A DNA stretch of 44,326 nt from Nemertoderma westbladi (Eukaryota; Animalia; Xenacoelomorpha), in NCBI GenBank assembly GCA_032718475.1, contig JAUCBJ010002513.1, positions 1 to 44,326 of the forward strand, written 5' to 3'. Shown here piece by piece: positions 12,258 to 24,511 of this stretch (within the stretch, counting starts at the first letter, position 1; each line of letters begins with the position of its first letter). A model generated the notes under the pieces. The model was not told the origin of the DNA. It saw nothing but the letters and a program-made list of their open reading frames with translations, and did no database searches. The position numbers were made by a program, and so were the translations under genes.

Positions 12258-13875
12258 ACTGCCGTGTGGTGTAACTGGTGCATTATCCTTGGAGACACTT
12301 TTTTTTAAATGTTTTTTAGCTAAAGATTGAAAGCAAAACCGAAAATTCTGGCTGACCCACTAAGTCATGGCCTACACCGTCTAAGTCGGCGTCGGCGGTA
12401 AGACTAATGTTAAGACTGGCCCATAGCCAGCCTATTATAGATGTTAGTTCATTGCATAAGATGTCTGCAGCAACTGTAAATACATAATTATGAATGTTTT
12501 TATATTGCCATTCACGCCGGCTCTATATTTTATTGTTTGTGATTAAATATGTAATTGACGACACTTAAGTGAGTTGCTGTAATAATTTTGGAATTAATTT
12601 TTGTTGAATATTGGTAGTAAACTATCAATATTTTTTTTTGAATATTGGTATAGTTTACCCGTAGCGCCTGTACTGGACGTGCACAGTACAACTGAAATGT
12701 AATACCGGATTATATTCTTAATTAATTTTTGGATATTAATATATTTTCCTTTGTCGGATATTTTAATGTTATTCTCTTAATATTTATTATCGATCATACG
12801 TATTAATATAACTAATAAAAACTTAATTAGCCTAGTTATGTGTAAAAAATGTTATACTGTACTTAGTATTAATATTAAATATTTATAAAGTAAAAACTGT
12901 ATAAAATATGTGATAATTTATGTCCCGTAAATTACGACAAATCATCACCCCGTCACGAAGAGAAGAGTGCCACACAGCATGCCGTCGAGGAAGACATACG
13001 CCACATCACTCCAGCCAGAAACTTAATATTTACCACCCTATCCTATCAATTCTTACCAATAGAGCTTCATTTTATGCGTGAGATTACTTTATGTGGCAGG
13101 TAAGAATCCTGTAAGTGGCCGTCATATTATTACAGTATTATTGGAGTTAACAGGTTAACTCCTTTATGGGTCTGATTCAAAATACAACTTAAATACAGTA
13201 TTTGTTCTATTTCTACTGTACATGATTCTCTTATCTATATTTTCACCCACTGAGTAAGTTTGTTGTGTAAGAAACCATTCGGATCAGTGAAGTGCTACGT
13301 TACACACGTGTGTCAAATATGTCAAATAATACATATGTATTGATTTTAGCATGCCCAAGAAAGGTCCGTCCAATACGCAGTGGGAAGAAAGGACTGGCGG
13401 CAGGATCGTTTACCTTCGGGAGTGGAGAGAGACCTCGTTCTGGTTCAAAGTGGCACATTCGTGTTGCTGCAATAGAGGGATGTCGTGGGGGTCGAGGAAA
13501 GGACGTGTTTGGGCGTGAAACAACTTGCACTTGTGGATACCACGTAAATATTTAATTATTATTAGTTCTCATTAGTCATTACTATAGAAACATAACCACT
13601 TTAATTACCGGTTAACCGCTTTATGATATGGAGGTTGTCTTGCGGTTTATAAAAAATAATACATAGTAATACATATTTTTACATATGTGGCGGTTGCAGT
13701 AGAAAAGACACATGGAAAAAAGTGGCGTTTTGAGAAAAACGTATTTAAAGTTTTGTGAAAGGTAGAAAACATTTAGATCAGCAAAGTAACGCCAAAATAT
13801 AATATTTCTAGATGAAAATTTTACCATCTTTCCAGCTGCCAGATTTCTAGAAACGTAACTTCGTCTTAAAATGTT

Positions 13876-16800
13876 ATGTCTGTCTGTTTAAGAGATAGTC
13901 ACTACAACCGCACTCGATTACTTTGCTGGTTCCCTCGCAAAATGTGGCACATACAGTTTCACTGTGTGAGGTCGGGTTGTTGTGCACCCTTAACTTCTAA
14001 GGGGCCATACCGAATAATTCGTACTGTACTGGACATTGATAACTATTATTATTACATGGCTGTTGAGTATATGGAGTGTTCTTTTTGTAAGGCTACCTAC
14101 ATTACCAATGACCGCCGAATGTTGGACCAACTAAATCAAGGCATCCGAGGAAGGTTTCCTGTTCTACTGACTCACAAGTATGCTTGTGACAGGAAGATAA
14201 TAAGTATAATGAAGTCCCGCACTATGGGTAACAGCCCAACAGCACTTTGTAACACCTTGCATGAGACACATAGTGACCAATGGCTGCATGATACGCACTG
14301 CTATCTGCAAGATGTGATTCAAAGGAAATCAAGTGGATTAACTTCAGGGATAACCTACCCACCACCTCCTTTCTTTCGCCCATTTCCGACACCTGCCTGG
14401 TTTTTATCTGTGTACGTAAAGGATTTATATTACCGTCTCCCTGAACTCCTTGCCTCTTGTACGTCTACCTACGGTAGAATCTTGAAAATAGATTCTACCA
14501 AGAAGGTATGCAAGAAATTGCAAGGTTCAGGAGTTGCATCAGCAAGGTGGGCCACAGATGTTGGTAACGAGATTGGGCAGGTATTACAGTGTGTATTAAC
14601 ACAGTCAGAAGGGCTAGACGACCTCAAGGGAATGGCTGATGGTTTAACCAAGAGGTTTAAATCTGCAGGAAAGCCACCACCTGAAGTCATCTATACAGAT
14701 CGGGACTGTTGCACATTGGTTAATGGAAAGCCTGGGAAGACAGCCAGTCTGTTTTCTGGTTGGCCTAGCACCCTTGTTCGTCTCGATTCATGGCACTTTA
14801 TGAGGCGTATGGCCAAAGGTTGCACCTCAGAAAGCCATCCTCTTTATGGAGTGTTCATGTCTCGTCTCACAAACGCCATGTTTGAATGGGATGCTGAAGA
14901 TTACCAACTGCTCCTTCGTGCTAAGATTAGTGAACAAACTGGAATTGTCTCCCTTTCAGAAGTTGCTGGGAAGAAAGCTACCCAACAGGCAATCATATCA
15001 CCCGAACTGGCACGCCACTGTCGACGTCGCACCCGAGGTGTTGAAGCAACTCAGAAGGGAATTGAAGATCTTATAGGTAATCTTATGCAAGCAACTGATT
15101 TTCTAGGAGTCCCTCTATTCCGTACCAACATATTGGAAATATGGCAAGAGCAGAAACGCCATTTACCTTGCCTTCAGGATGTTCCTGGTGTTACCTTATA
15201 CACACCTACAGGGCACCTGACTAAAGGAGACATTGAACTTCCAGTATATCGGTGTGCTCGAGGGACCATATCTCTTGAGTCTTTTCATTACCACCTCGCG
15301 AAATTCATTCCTGGAAACTCTGCAAACCTTGTTAACTTCCAAGCATATCTCTTAGAAGGAATTACAAGGTGGAATCAAAATCGTTCCTCTGAAGCCATCC
15401 AAGCAAAGGAGTCGAAAAACATACAGTCCTTTGATACACTTTTGAAGGGGCTTGTCAATGACAAACATAAAAAAATATATGGTGAGACTCTATTGGATTC
15501 CTTTGCCATGCCATCTCCATACACTGGAGAGCGGATCGGTGTGAACTATCTTCTCCACCAAACCCATGAAGACATTATGACTGAGGAGGAGCTTGATATT
15601 AAGATCGAAGCTTTCGAAAATGTCGATTTCAATGAAGTCGACATTGGACTTCTTGAAAGTGAACTTATTATGTCCAACATTCCCGAATGTGATGCTGCTG
15701 ACCCTTTGGATGATGATGGCAATCTTGATTTTGAAAACTTAGAGCCGCCAGGTAGTAACAATGAACAGACAGTACTGCAGGATGTGGTGATGATTGATGA
15801 TATGGTTGGTGCCAGTACTAGTGGAGGAGCAACGGATGCAGACTCCCTTCCTGGTTGGGATCGTGTCCTTGCTTTGGCGGAACATCTGGCAGATCTAAAT
15901 AGTTTGATAGTGAGCATAACTGATGCAACAGCTATTGTGAAGAAGTTCAATCAACTTCATGAGTATGATAAGAAACCTATCGAATTCCAAAGGAGTGTTT
16001 CTTCTACTCGACCTTCACGTCCTTCGAGTTTCAGATTAAAGAAGGCCATGAGTTCACAAGATGGAGCAGAAACTTTGCGAACTTGTATAGTTTCTGGAGG
16101 TCCACCAGCTTTGAGCCCTGCACTAAGTAGAGTGGTTCAGGCAATATTCATCAGGTTGGGAGAAGTATATATTGAAAATAAACGCATTGTATCTTCAGGG
16201 AAGAGGATATCTGTATCCCACTGGAAGTTGATGTGTCAACATTATCTAAGACTGCGGAATCGGATTTCCCATTGCTCTGCAATAACAGATCATTGTAATT
16301 TGACACTCTACAATGTCAACGAAACAACCCTCAGGCAGTGGTGGGAAAAAAAAACCCGACGGGAAGAGGCTAAAACTCTTGTAGGAAATTTGGGGTTGCA
16401 GAGTTCTGCCCCAAATGTTGCAGAGGAACCACTCCCTGAACCACAGCCACTCAGGAAAAACATCGAGCAACCCATCACACCAATGTCTATCTATGATCCT
16501 GTGGATACCCGAGGCCACGCCACTGTCAGGAGTAGGAAAGAAACTGTTGATTCATCGAAGTCTTCAGCCCCTTCAGTTTCACAACCCCCTCCACAAATGC
16601 CTTTTCAACCATATTTACCCTTCTACCCACCTTATATAAACTGCAATCCAAATCCATACTATCCATATCCATACCCGATACCTTCCCACCCGAAGTATAT
16701 CCAGCCGAGCTATGACCGACCATCCCAGGATCAGTGGGATAGCAAACAGCCTCAATCAGACATGAGTTTAGGTCCTGTCCAGGTGCAACATCGACCTATA

Positions 16801-17007
16801 AGCCGTACAACCGCTTGGCGAAGACGTAAAGTATCAACAACAGAGCCTTTCACTCGTAAGATTCACAAACCTCGCAGATGTCGTAAATGCCAATCACTAT
16901 TAGGAGGGGATGTTTATCATCGTCATTATTTTGGGCATATATACTGCCCATATGAAGTGGGGCAGGTATCATATGATGAGTGGTTGGATTCCATCAAGCG
17001 CAAGTAA
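13876..17007 (+). CDS. DUF6729-like putative DDE/DxxH transposase, 1043 aa; true start may be in an upstream exon
   Basis: Uninterrupted 3.1-kb ORF. Motifs VLDID.YYYM..EY.EC..C, ILKIDSTKK (D1), YTDRDCC (D2), RLDSWH (DxxH), CARG..SLESFH (E), SRTTAWRRRK and a C-terminal CxxC..H..C cluster. AATAAA at about 17089-17098. Confidence 0.75.
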   Translation: MSVCLRDSHYNRTRLLCWFPRKMWHIQFHCVRSGCCAPLTSKGPYRIIRTVLDIDNYYYYMAVEYMECSFCKATYITNDRRMLDQLNQGIRGRFPVLLTHKYACDRKIISIMKSRTMGNSPTALCNTLHETHSDQWLHDTHCYLQDVIQRKSSGLTSGITYPPPPFFRPFPTPAWFLSVYVKDLYYRLPELLASCTSTYGRILKIDSTKKVCKKLQGSGVASARWATDVGNEIGQVLQCVLTQSEGLDDLKGMADGLTKRFKSAGKPPPEVIYTDRDCCTLVNGKPGKTASLFSGWPSTLVRLDSWHFMRRMAKGCTSESHPLYGVFMSRLTNAMFEWDAEDYQLLLRAKISEQTGIVSLSEVAGKKATQQAIISPELARHCRRRTRGVEATQKGIEDLIGNLMQATDFLGVPLFRTNILEIWQEQKRHLPCLQDVPGVTLYTPTGHLTKGDIELPVYRCARGTISLESFHYHLAKFIPGNSANLVNFQAYLLEGITRWNQNRSSEAIQAKESKNIQSFDTLLKGLVNDKHKKIYGETLLDSFAMPSPYTGERIGVNYLLHQTHEDIMTEEELDIKIEAFENVDFNEVDIGLLESELIMSNIPECDAADPLDDDGNLDFENLEPPGSNNEQTVLQDVVMIDDMVGASTSGGATDADSLPGWDRVLALAEHLADLNSLIVSITDATAIVKKFNQLHEYDKKPIEFQRSVSSTRPSRPSSFRLKKAMSSQDGAETLRTCIVSGGPPALSPALSRVVQAIFIRLGEVYIENKRIVSSGKRISVSHWKLMCQHYLRLRNRISHCSAITDHCNLTLYNVNETTLRQWWEKKTRREEAKTLVGNLGLQSSAPNVAEEPLPEPQPLRKNIEQPITPMSIYDPVDTRGHATVRSRKETVDSSKSSAPSVSQPPPQMPFQPYLPFYPPYINCNPNPYYPYPYPIPSHPKYIQPSYDRPSQDQWDSKQPQSDMSLGPVQVQHRPISRTTAWRRRKVSTTEPFTRKIHKPRRCRKCQSLLGGDVYHRHYFGHIYCPYEVGQVSYDEWLDSIKRK

Positions 17008-17424
17008 ACTTCTTTACAACTCTGTCGAGCATAGACTTCAATAATACTCATGATTATTGCACATTGCCAATATCAGTAGTAAATATATAAATAAATAAAA
17101 TATATTTCATGTATATATCAAGGTATAAAATTACAAACAAATTTTTGAAATTAAATTTTTTGCATAATTGCCTTTCATTCCATCAAATATAATTCCGTAA
17201 GTGGTGGCAAAACATAGATTGACTTGCTTCATAATTTGGCACTCTTCTGATGCTAAATAATATTGCTTTACAAAAACTCCAACTTTTTCCACCATTATTT
17301 TAAATACGTATTTTTTATATTTTAAATACTTCGGTGTAGTAGTAGGAGAATTATTTTGAAGGTATTTGCATCTCATCTTATTGTTCTTTGTTTATTATCC
17401 ATATTATCTATCACTTGTATTTAA

Positions 17425-17635
17425 ATACCAAGATATAAATAATCGCGATAGTTAGTATATCTATTAAGGTGCTTGAAATAATTCCTATGCAAGTCCTGTT
17501 ATTCATTCGCTGAATATAATGTGTATACCAAGATATATATAATTGCGATAATTACCGGTAGTATATGTATTATGGTACTTGAAATAAATCCGATGCAGGT
17601 CATGTTATTCATTCGCAGAATATAATGTTTATACT
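17425..17635. repeat. Two-copy tandem duplication of about 100 bp
   Basis: ATACCAAGATAT...TGTTATTCATTCGC.GAATATAATGT occurs twice. Confidence 0.8.
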
Positions 17636-17719
17636 CATATTAAAAGGCGGTACTTTATATTTATAAACAATTTATTTATTTTTGCTCCTGGGTTGTTTGG
17701 AATCCCGCATCATCACTAC

Positions 17720-17880
17720 AACACGTGGGGACTTCGCGCAGCACAGGTCAGGTCAACCTTAGCATAGCAGTACCATTAGCGAGCTAGTAATTCACCCCCT
17801 AGCGGCAGACAGAGGAACTATAGAGGTCTGTCTGTGTGTAGAATTTCTAAAGATTTTATAGACTACATGTGTACCTAGTT
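17720..17880. mobile_element. Fragment of the Helentron-associated (HINE-like) repeat family
   Basis: GTGGGGACTTCGCGCAGCAC resembles 31505 and 35107. 17790-17850 is the reverse complement of 32740-32800. Confidence 0.55.
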
Positions 17881-18769
17881 TAGATAGTAGCTACAGTCTA
17901 GGGAATCCCCCAAAATAGATGCAGCTGATTGTGACACTGTAAGGATTTCCCTTATAGAATCAGGTGATCTTCATATGATATTTTCGTCTTCCTTCCCCCT
18001 TTTTCCCTTTCCTTTCCCCCTCAGCACAGAGAACTTCTTCCCCCTGCCTCGCGGCAGGCCGGGAAGTGAAACTCTCTCTGTTTCAAATTTAATGCAATCT
18101 CATTATGATTTGTTGTTGGGTGGGGGGGGGGGGGGGGAGGGGGGGGGGTGTTCCTAGTCGTGTCATTGACTATATTCACTGTATTCGGGGCATGGTGTAA
18201 ATGTATGTAAATATTGCTTTGTTTCCCAGCTACGTATGAAATAAATATAATGTTCCAGAATTATGTGTAGTTTTTAAATTTATTAAAATTTCCTCGAGCA
18301 TATAACATATAAATTTAGAACGCCCATACATCAGCTATTAATTACACATCAGCTGTATATCAGCTATTTTTTAAACGAAATTTTACATATTTTGAATAAA
18401 AATGTTCAATTTTTAAGAATGGGGTCACACTCTACTCTATATCCCTCAATAATTCTAAATTAACCTATTCCCAAATAATTCGGAGGGGTTCCCAGAGTTG
18501 TTGTACCAGAGTCGTACCATATCCCATTCGAATGTTATACAAACAGGTTTATGTTATAAATTTCTAGACGTTAAATTTAAGCATTTGTTCTAGAACGTTA
18601 ATTGTTATATTCTGGAACAATGACAAAAGCTAAAATTTACGTACTGTATTTTAAATAAAGTACCGTATACTGTAAATATCGACAGTGTATACAATAGAAC
18701 TCTAGCTGCATAAAGTATATTGTATAAATTAGATACAGTAAGTTAAGCATCCGGACACTGACTCATGTG

Positions 18770-19384
18770 ATGGCTAGCTCACAGTTCTCTCCAGGCTCAC
18801 CCGAGTTCTCGACGTATATTGACGCTTGGGCTCCGTATCTTAGCAACCCTTTGGAGTCAGCGACCGACAGCTGGTTGCCGATGCTGTCCTCTTCCCCTCC
18901 CTCCATCTCTACAGACACCTGGGCTCCGGTCGTAGCAACAACGGGAGAATTCCAGCGGGATATCGCGTGTTCCGACAGCTGGGCGCCGCTTCTGTCGGCA
19001 TCTCCGATCCCAACAAACGCAATATACCCTTCGGATTTCATCGCGTGCGACTTACATGAAATTCTGGGAAATAAATTAAATCTTAAAGAAGTAGATTCGC
19101 CATCTAGTGATAATATAGGGAACTTCCCATCGGGCGACAGCGTCGTAAATAATCCGACAGATGGCGTAACTCTTAATACAAAGAAACAGGAACTTTGCAC
19201 GATTTGTCTCAATTGTCTCGGTGACGGAATCAGTGTACGGGCACTGCCTTGTGCGCACATCTTCCACAAGAATTGTCTCGAACTCTGGTTACCAAGCAAC
19301 AAAAGTTGCCCCGTCTGTCGCGCAAATGTCAACATAGAATATAAGGATTGCGGGAAGGCGTTTGGAGACATGGGATCTGTTTAA
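18770..19384 (+). CDS. Intronless RING-H2 (C3H2C3) E3 ubiquitin ligase-like protein, 204 aa
   Basis: CTICL..RALPCAHIFHKNCLELWL..KSCPVCR is a canonical RING-H2. TATAAA at 18723-18728 and AATAAA at about 19438 and 19476. Confidence 0.85.
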   Translation: MASSQFSPGSPEFSTYIDAWAPYLSNPLESATDSWLPMLSSSPPSISTDTWAPVVATTGEFQRDIACSDSWAPLLSASPIPTNAIYPSDFIACDLHEILGNKLNLKEVDSPSSDNIGNFPSGDSVVNNPTDGVTLNTKKQELCTICLNCLGDGISVRALPCAHIFHKNCLELWLPSNKSCPVCRANVNIEYKDCGKAFGDMGSV

Positions 19385-19861
19385 TAGAATAATGTAGTTT
19401 CTTCTGATGGACAATATCATAGCCGACACGGAATAATAATAAATTGATTAATATTTAATGATACGGTTATAAGTAAATAAATATTTTAAACTTAAATAAA
19501 TTTCAAAACTCGAATACATAATAAATAGTTACTATTTAAATAATTTTTAAATAGTTATAATTTTTCTAGACAATTGTGCAGGATATTACTTCAACTTCTT
19601 CAACTTTTACAGGGAGGCTTGCATTGGATAATATAATTATTTATTGCATGGTAAATAATGTAGAACATTATTTTCTCTATACTCGAGATATTCTATTTTT
19701 TTGTTTTAATGCACAGTACATAATATATAATACATAATACACATTGCTGGATTGAAATCCTAACAGAAATTAATGTTTAGTTTTCTGTATCGTACGTAGA
19801 CAACAAAAAATGAAGCTAAACAAATCTTAACGGAGTGGGGGGGCGCGGGGGGGGGGGGGGG

Positions 19862-22800
19862 TGTAAGGCTATTCCTGGATTCAGAGTAGGAATACCTCAT
19901 CAAGGCCCGCCTGATGGGGGGTGGTGCCTAGGACAGATGTCGCATTTCCTCTGACCACTGCGATTGAGAGCCGCTGGAAGAGGAATTCCGTGGACCTAGG
20001 TTCACCAGTTTCCTTGACGATTCTCCGCCCTATCTCCCGCAGTACTGCGGTGCCTTCTGCACCGATTGGGCCTAAGGTCTCTAAGGCAATAGTGCGGAAT
20101 AAGTGGTGGTGCTGGAGCGCAGCATACTTATTTCCTTTACTGGTCTCTGCCATTAAAGCGGCTGCACCTGCAGATTTACTTGTCTCGGGTAGATAGGAAG
20201 GAGCGAGGGTGTCCCTGCAAGTATAGTCCCAAACGAGTGGGCGGCCTGAGGACCAAGGGGAAAAGGTCAAACCGTCTGGTTTCTTGCCGTCTTGTGAAAG
20301 TCCTCGAGGCTCCAGGGTGGAGGCAATGCCGGCTGATGAGAGGGCATGGTGAATGATGTTATTGGCCTCTGCATGATGGGTGTATTTCCCATAATTGTGT
20401 AAGCAGCTGAGGCCATGACTTCCACTCGTGTCGACTTCCGACCCGCAACCCCTGCAGGAGTGCTCCTCGCAAATAGGTGTACCCAAGCGGAGAGCTGCTC
20501 CCACCCGCAGCTGCTCATCACTGAGGCGAAGGCCTAGGGATGATACCGGCAGGGCCCTTAGCCAGTCCCTGGCGTGGTCTGCAGCGGCGGCTAGGAGACG
20601 AGCCTTCTCTGTTGCTGATGAGGCTTTGGTGGTCAGTTCATCCTGTCATGATGAGCACAGCGGGGCATCCCATACTTTCTGAATGGCTTGATTGATTGGT
20701 ACAGGAAAATCGGTAGGTAGTAGTTGCTTCGCAGCTATTAGGAGTGGGTTGGGGATGCTGGAGATGGAACTGGGTAGTAGGGTGTTAATCAGTGGGATGC
20801 ACCCATGGCTGGAAGCTAGGAAGGCTGGTAAAGCTACGTCGCATGTGCTTCTAACCCCCAGTCCGCCCGAAGATATTGGAAGGGAAGCCTGGGCCCAAGC
20901 AACGCCCCCAATCCTAGTGTTGAGCACAATTTAACAGCACTGCCGAATCTTATCATCTAGAGACTTTAATCGAGGCGATCCAAAGGTGGGTGAACACCGC
21001 AGCACGTACATCAACTTCGGAATGGCAAAGCATTGTCTGAGTAGGTATAGGGCGTCATGCGCCGATAGAGCGCCTAGAGAGGTCTGATTCATTCCCTTCA
21101 AGGATCTTCTCCATGGCTGAATCTCCTAGGGGTGATCCAAGCAACAGCGCATCAGAAAAATCGATTGGTTTTATGCCTGGTGTGATCGCATCAAACAGAG
21201 CTGTTGTCTCTTCTTTCAGTTCTAAGGGAAAGTGCTTGCCAAAGATTAACTCACATTTGGATGCCTTGACCATAAGCCCTAGCTTTGCGGCCTCGGCTAT
21301 GGCCCTCTTCAGGTCAGAAGCAACAACAGATGGTGTCCCACCAAGGAACCCAAGGAACTGTCATCAGGAACCACACGTTGATGGGGGATTCCATGCTATT
21401 GACAAGTTCGATTGTGCCGTTGCTGAAGAACAGAGAGGCTAGTGGGTCTCCCTGTTGCATACCATCGTCAGAGGCAATTGTTGTCCCATTTTAGTTGCGA
21501 ATATGACTGATATGCCAGGTTGTATAGTGGTGGGAGGTTCTTTAGCACTGCCCTCAAGGCTGGTCCACGGTGAGTACTTTTGAAGGCATTTGAGAAATCA
21601 ATTTTGATCATGACTGTCTCTCTCTCTCTATTGACTCACTGAGGAAACGCCTGGCTGCATGTACTGCTGCTTCTGCACCCCGGGGGGTCCCAAACCCTAA
21701 CTGATGGGGACCTAGCTTTAAACCAGAATGCTTTGCCGCTGAATGGCAGCCTGTTTTGGCGGTAAGTCGACGCAGAGTGCACCCCATGGCTATGGGGTGA
21801 ACTCCACCTGCTGGTTTAGTGAAAGCACAAAGCCTGGCCCCATAGAGGTAAGGGAGAACTTCCTGGGGCACTCCACCCTTAAGCATGATATTAGCTACCG
21901 ATGCCATAGCCTTGAGGGAAGCCAGAGCAGCATCCCCAGCTGATGATGAGATCATGTCCTTGAGGAACTGAGGATGGCAGTTGTCGGGACCTGGGGCCGA
22001 ACCATTGGGGAATAGCTTGATTGATTTTAGAACCTCCGGGTAAGATAGCTCGAGGGTCGGGACATCAGCTTCCTCTAATGACGGTATTCCATGGAGGTCA
22101 TCTGCTGGGCGTGTAGGGTGAAGGAGTTGGGGGGCTTCAAGGGTCTCTGGGGTGGCTGGGACTATAGTGGCTGATGAGGATGCTAGTCGTGCAGCTGCTT
22201 TCACATTTCCATCTTCTATGTTAGAGGCTATCAATTTCCCTAGCATGTCATCCGAGGATAGTTGAGTCTTGGGCTTCAGATGGGAAGGAGGGCTAGTCGT
22301 AGGCAGTACTAGTAATTCTTTGGTGTTCTTGACCATCTCTTCAAATTCCAACAGTTGGTCCTTTACCTTGGCTGTGAGTGATTTGCAGGCCTGACCGATA
22401 GCCCTCCGGCCATGTCTGGACCTTGATCCCTGGGAGGGTACTCGGAGAGATAATGGAAAGGCCAGCAGGTTTAACCAGTTTGACTGACTGTTGTTGAGGA
22501 CGATGGCATCACAGAGACTACTGTAAAGTGTGACTGCTTTTAGTCTTGCACCCCTGGGGATACTAGTCAGGGTTTTGATCCAAGTGAGGGTTTCGAATGC
22601 ACTGCTAAGTGAATCTGTTATGGCGCTCTGGCTGGCAACCACAGGAGCAGGAGACAGAGTGACATTGATAAACGGTTGGGACAGTGGTCCGGGTGACCCT
22701 TGGGACATGAGGAAAACTCGAGGAGGCAGTGGGACTGGAGGCAAACTCGTGGAGGAGGCTGGACTCAAGGCGAACTCGTGCAGGCTGCCGAATTCGAGGC

Positions 22801-23170
22801 AAGATCGTGGTGGCAGCCGGACTCTAGGCAAACTCGTGCTGAATGCAGCTGTATTCGAGAACCCGTGGAGGCAGCTGGACTTAAGGCGAGCTCGTGGAGG
22901 CAGCCGGACTCAAGGCAAACTCGTGCTGAATGCAGCCGTATTTGCAAACCCGTGGAGGCAGCTGGACTCGAGGCGAGCTCGTGGAGACAAACGGACTCGA
23001 TGCGAACTCGTTTGGGTGCAGCTGTATTTGGGGCGAACTTGTGAAGGCAGCCGGACTCAAGGCGAGCTTGTGGAGGCAGCGTAGTCAGGGTGGACTCGTG
23101 CTGGATGCAGGATGCCGCCGTTTTCGGGGCGGCCTGGTGGTGGCAGCCAGAGGGGCAACGTAGGCCTATT
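19862..23170 (-). mobile_element. Degenerate CRE-clade non-LTR retrotransposon (RT + restriction-like endonuclease)
   Basis: RT motifs SAPGPD, PIAMGCTLRRL, QLGFGTPRGAEAAVH, DFSNAF, QQGDP and LPISSGGLG. CxxC..H..SC knuckle plus KPDGLT/WDYT/ETLG/FQRLSIAV RLE domain. Split by frameshifts, and YLDD appears to be deleted. Confidence 0.88.
22720..23085. repeat. 29-bp tandem repeat with 87-bp higher-order unit at the 5' end of the CRE element
   Basis: GGCAAACTCGTGGAGGCAGCCGGACTCAA-like units. AGGCAAACTCGTGCTGAATGCAG recurs 87 bp apart. Confidence 0.85.
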
Positions 23171-23899
23171 CTCTGCAATCTGACAGTACCGGTACTAGTT
23201 TACAGCATTTATCCAATAATCGCTATACGTACGTTCATGTGTATTTGAATTAATTTCGTTCCAATATCAATCAGTAATCAATAGTTAACTTTTATGGTAA
23301 GTGTAATTCGTTAGGTTCCATGCTACTGGTTTCTCTCGGTATGTATGTATGTATGTATAATATTCTAGTATAATATTTTATTATATAATTATTAAACAAG
23401 TTTCCTAAGGTGGTTCTGATTGTCAGCTATTCTCCAACCATGGTGTTGTCCCAGTAGTGGAGGTGGAATATTTCTACCACAATCTAAAAGCAGCTACTGA
23501 TGGATTGGATTAGCATGCATTCTTAACTTTCCCGGGTGAATTTAATGCAGGTCTACATCACCCATCTACATGTTTCGTAAGAAATTTCAGGAGCTCTGTA
23601 CAAGACTGCAGGGCATTTTCACTTTGCCCCTTATCCAGTGATCACCACCTTATTGTGGACAATGTGGACTTTGTCTACTACTACTATTATAATCGCCCTA
23701 CTGCATGGAACTGCACATTGAGATGCTATACTATACTGGCTACTGTATAATAAAAATATTTTTGCCACCACCATGCAATCCACAATTAACAAGCCGGCAA
23801 GCCCAATCCAGCGTGCATTAAGAACGCTATGCCGGCTTATTAACAAAATTGCATCGCCACAACTCCCTATACCCCGTGAGTTTCGCGAGATTATCCGCA

Positions 23900-24270
23900 T
23901 CTTCAAGGCCAGTATCCTTTAAGAAGCGTCTCCAGAAAGTCAAAGGCTGTCAACCATGCTTATTTTCTCCATGGGGCTGCCAAAGCACTAGATTGTGCAC
24001 AGACTGGTCCTCACGGCGAAAACAATGTCCTGCAAAGCGGAGGCGGCTTTGTTCTGCTTTGGGGGAACCAATGAGACAACTCCAATGTTGTATAGTGTCT
24101 GGTTGGAGATGTGTGCATTGTATTTGACATAGTGAACCCGGCGTAGCATTCTTGTGAATGTGCCATCCATAAATTTGGTGTCCTCAGCAGTTAGAGCCCA
24201 GCATTGACTCCCATAGAGGAGTACTGGACCTACTGCTGCTCTAAATAATCGGGCCTTAATATTCTATATC
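23900..24270 (-). mobile_element. RTE-type LINE 3' fragment (post-RT region)
   Basis: LFRAAV..VLLYGSQCWALT...DGTFTRMLRRV..HISN. Confidence 0.75.
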
Positions 24271-24511
24271 GGTCTATATTCACGCCATATCAGTTATGTC
24301 TTATACTAAGGTTTCTACTTTACCATAACTTTTTTTTAGGTATAGGGACAAATTTTACCTCCAAATCTCCGGTGCACCCCTGGGAGGCTCACATAGCGGT
24401 GATTAAGATTATGCCGTTATAGCAAATTCAAATTCAAATATAATTTCATTCAAATAATGGGCGCACAATACATAACAAAATTTGCGCATGCACATTGACA
24501 AATGTAATATA

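Noticed and set aside
12940-13540. GC-richer islands as extra exons
   Set aside because: No recognisable homology or convincing frame; left unannotated.
18763-19371. 202-aa antisense ORF
   Set aside because: Shadow of the RING-H2 gene with no recognisable motif.
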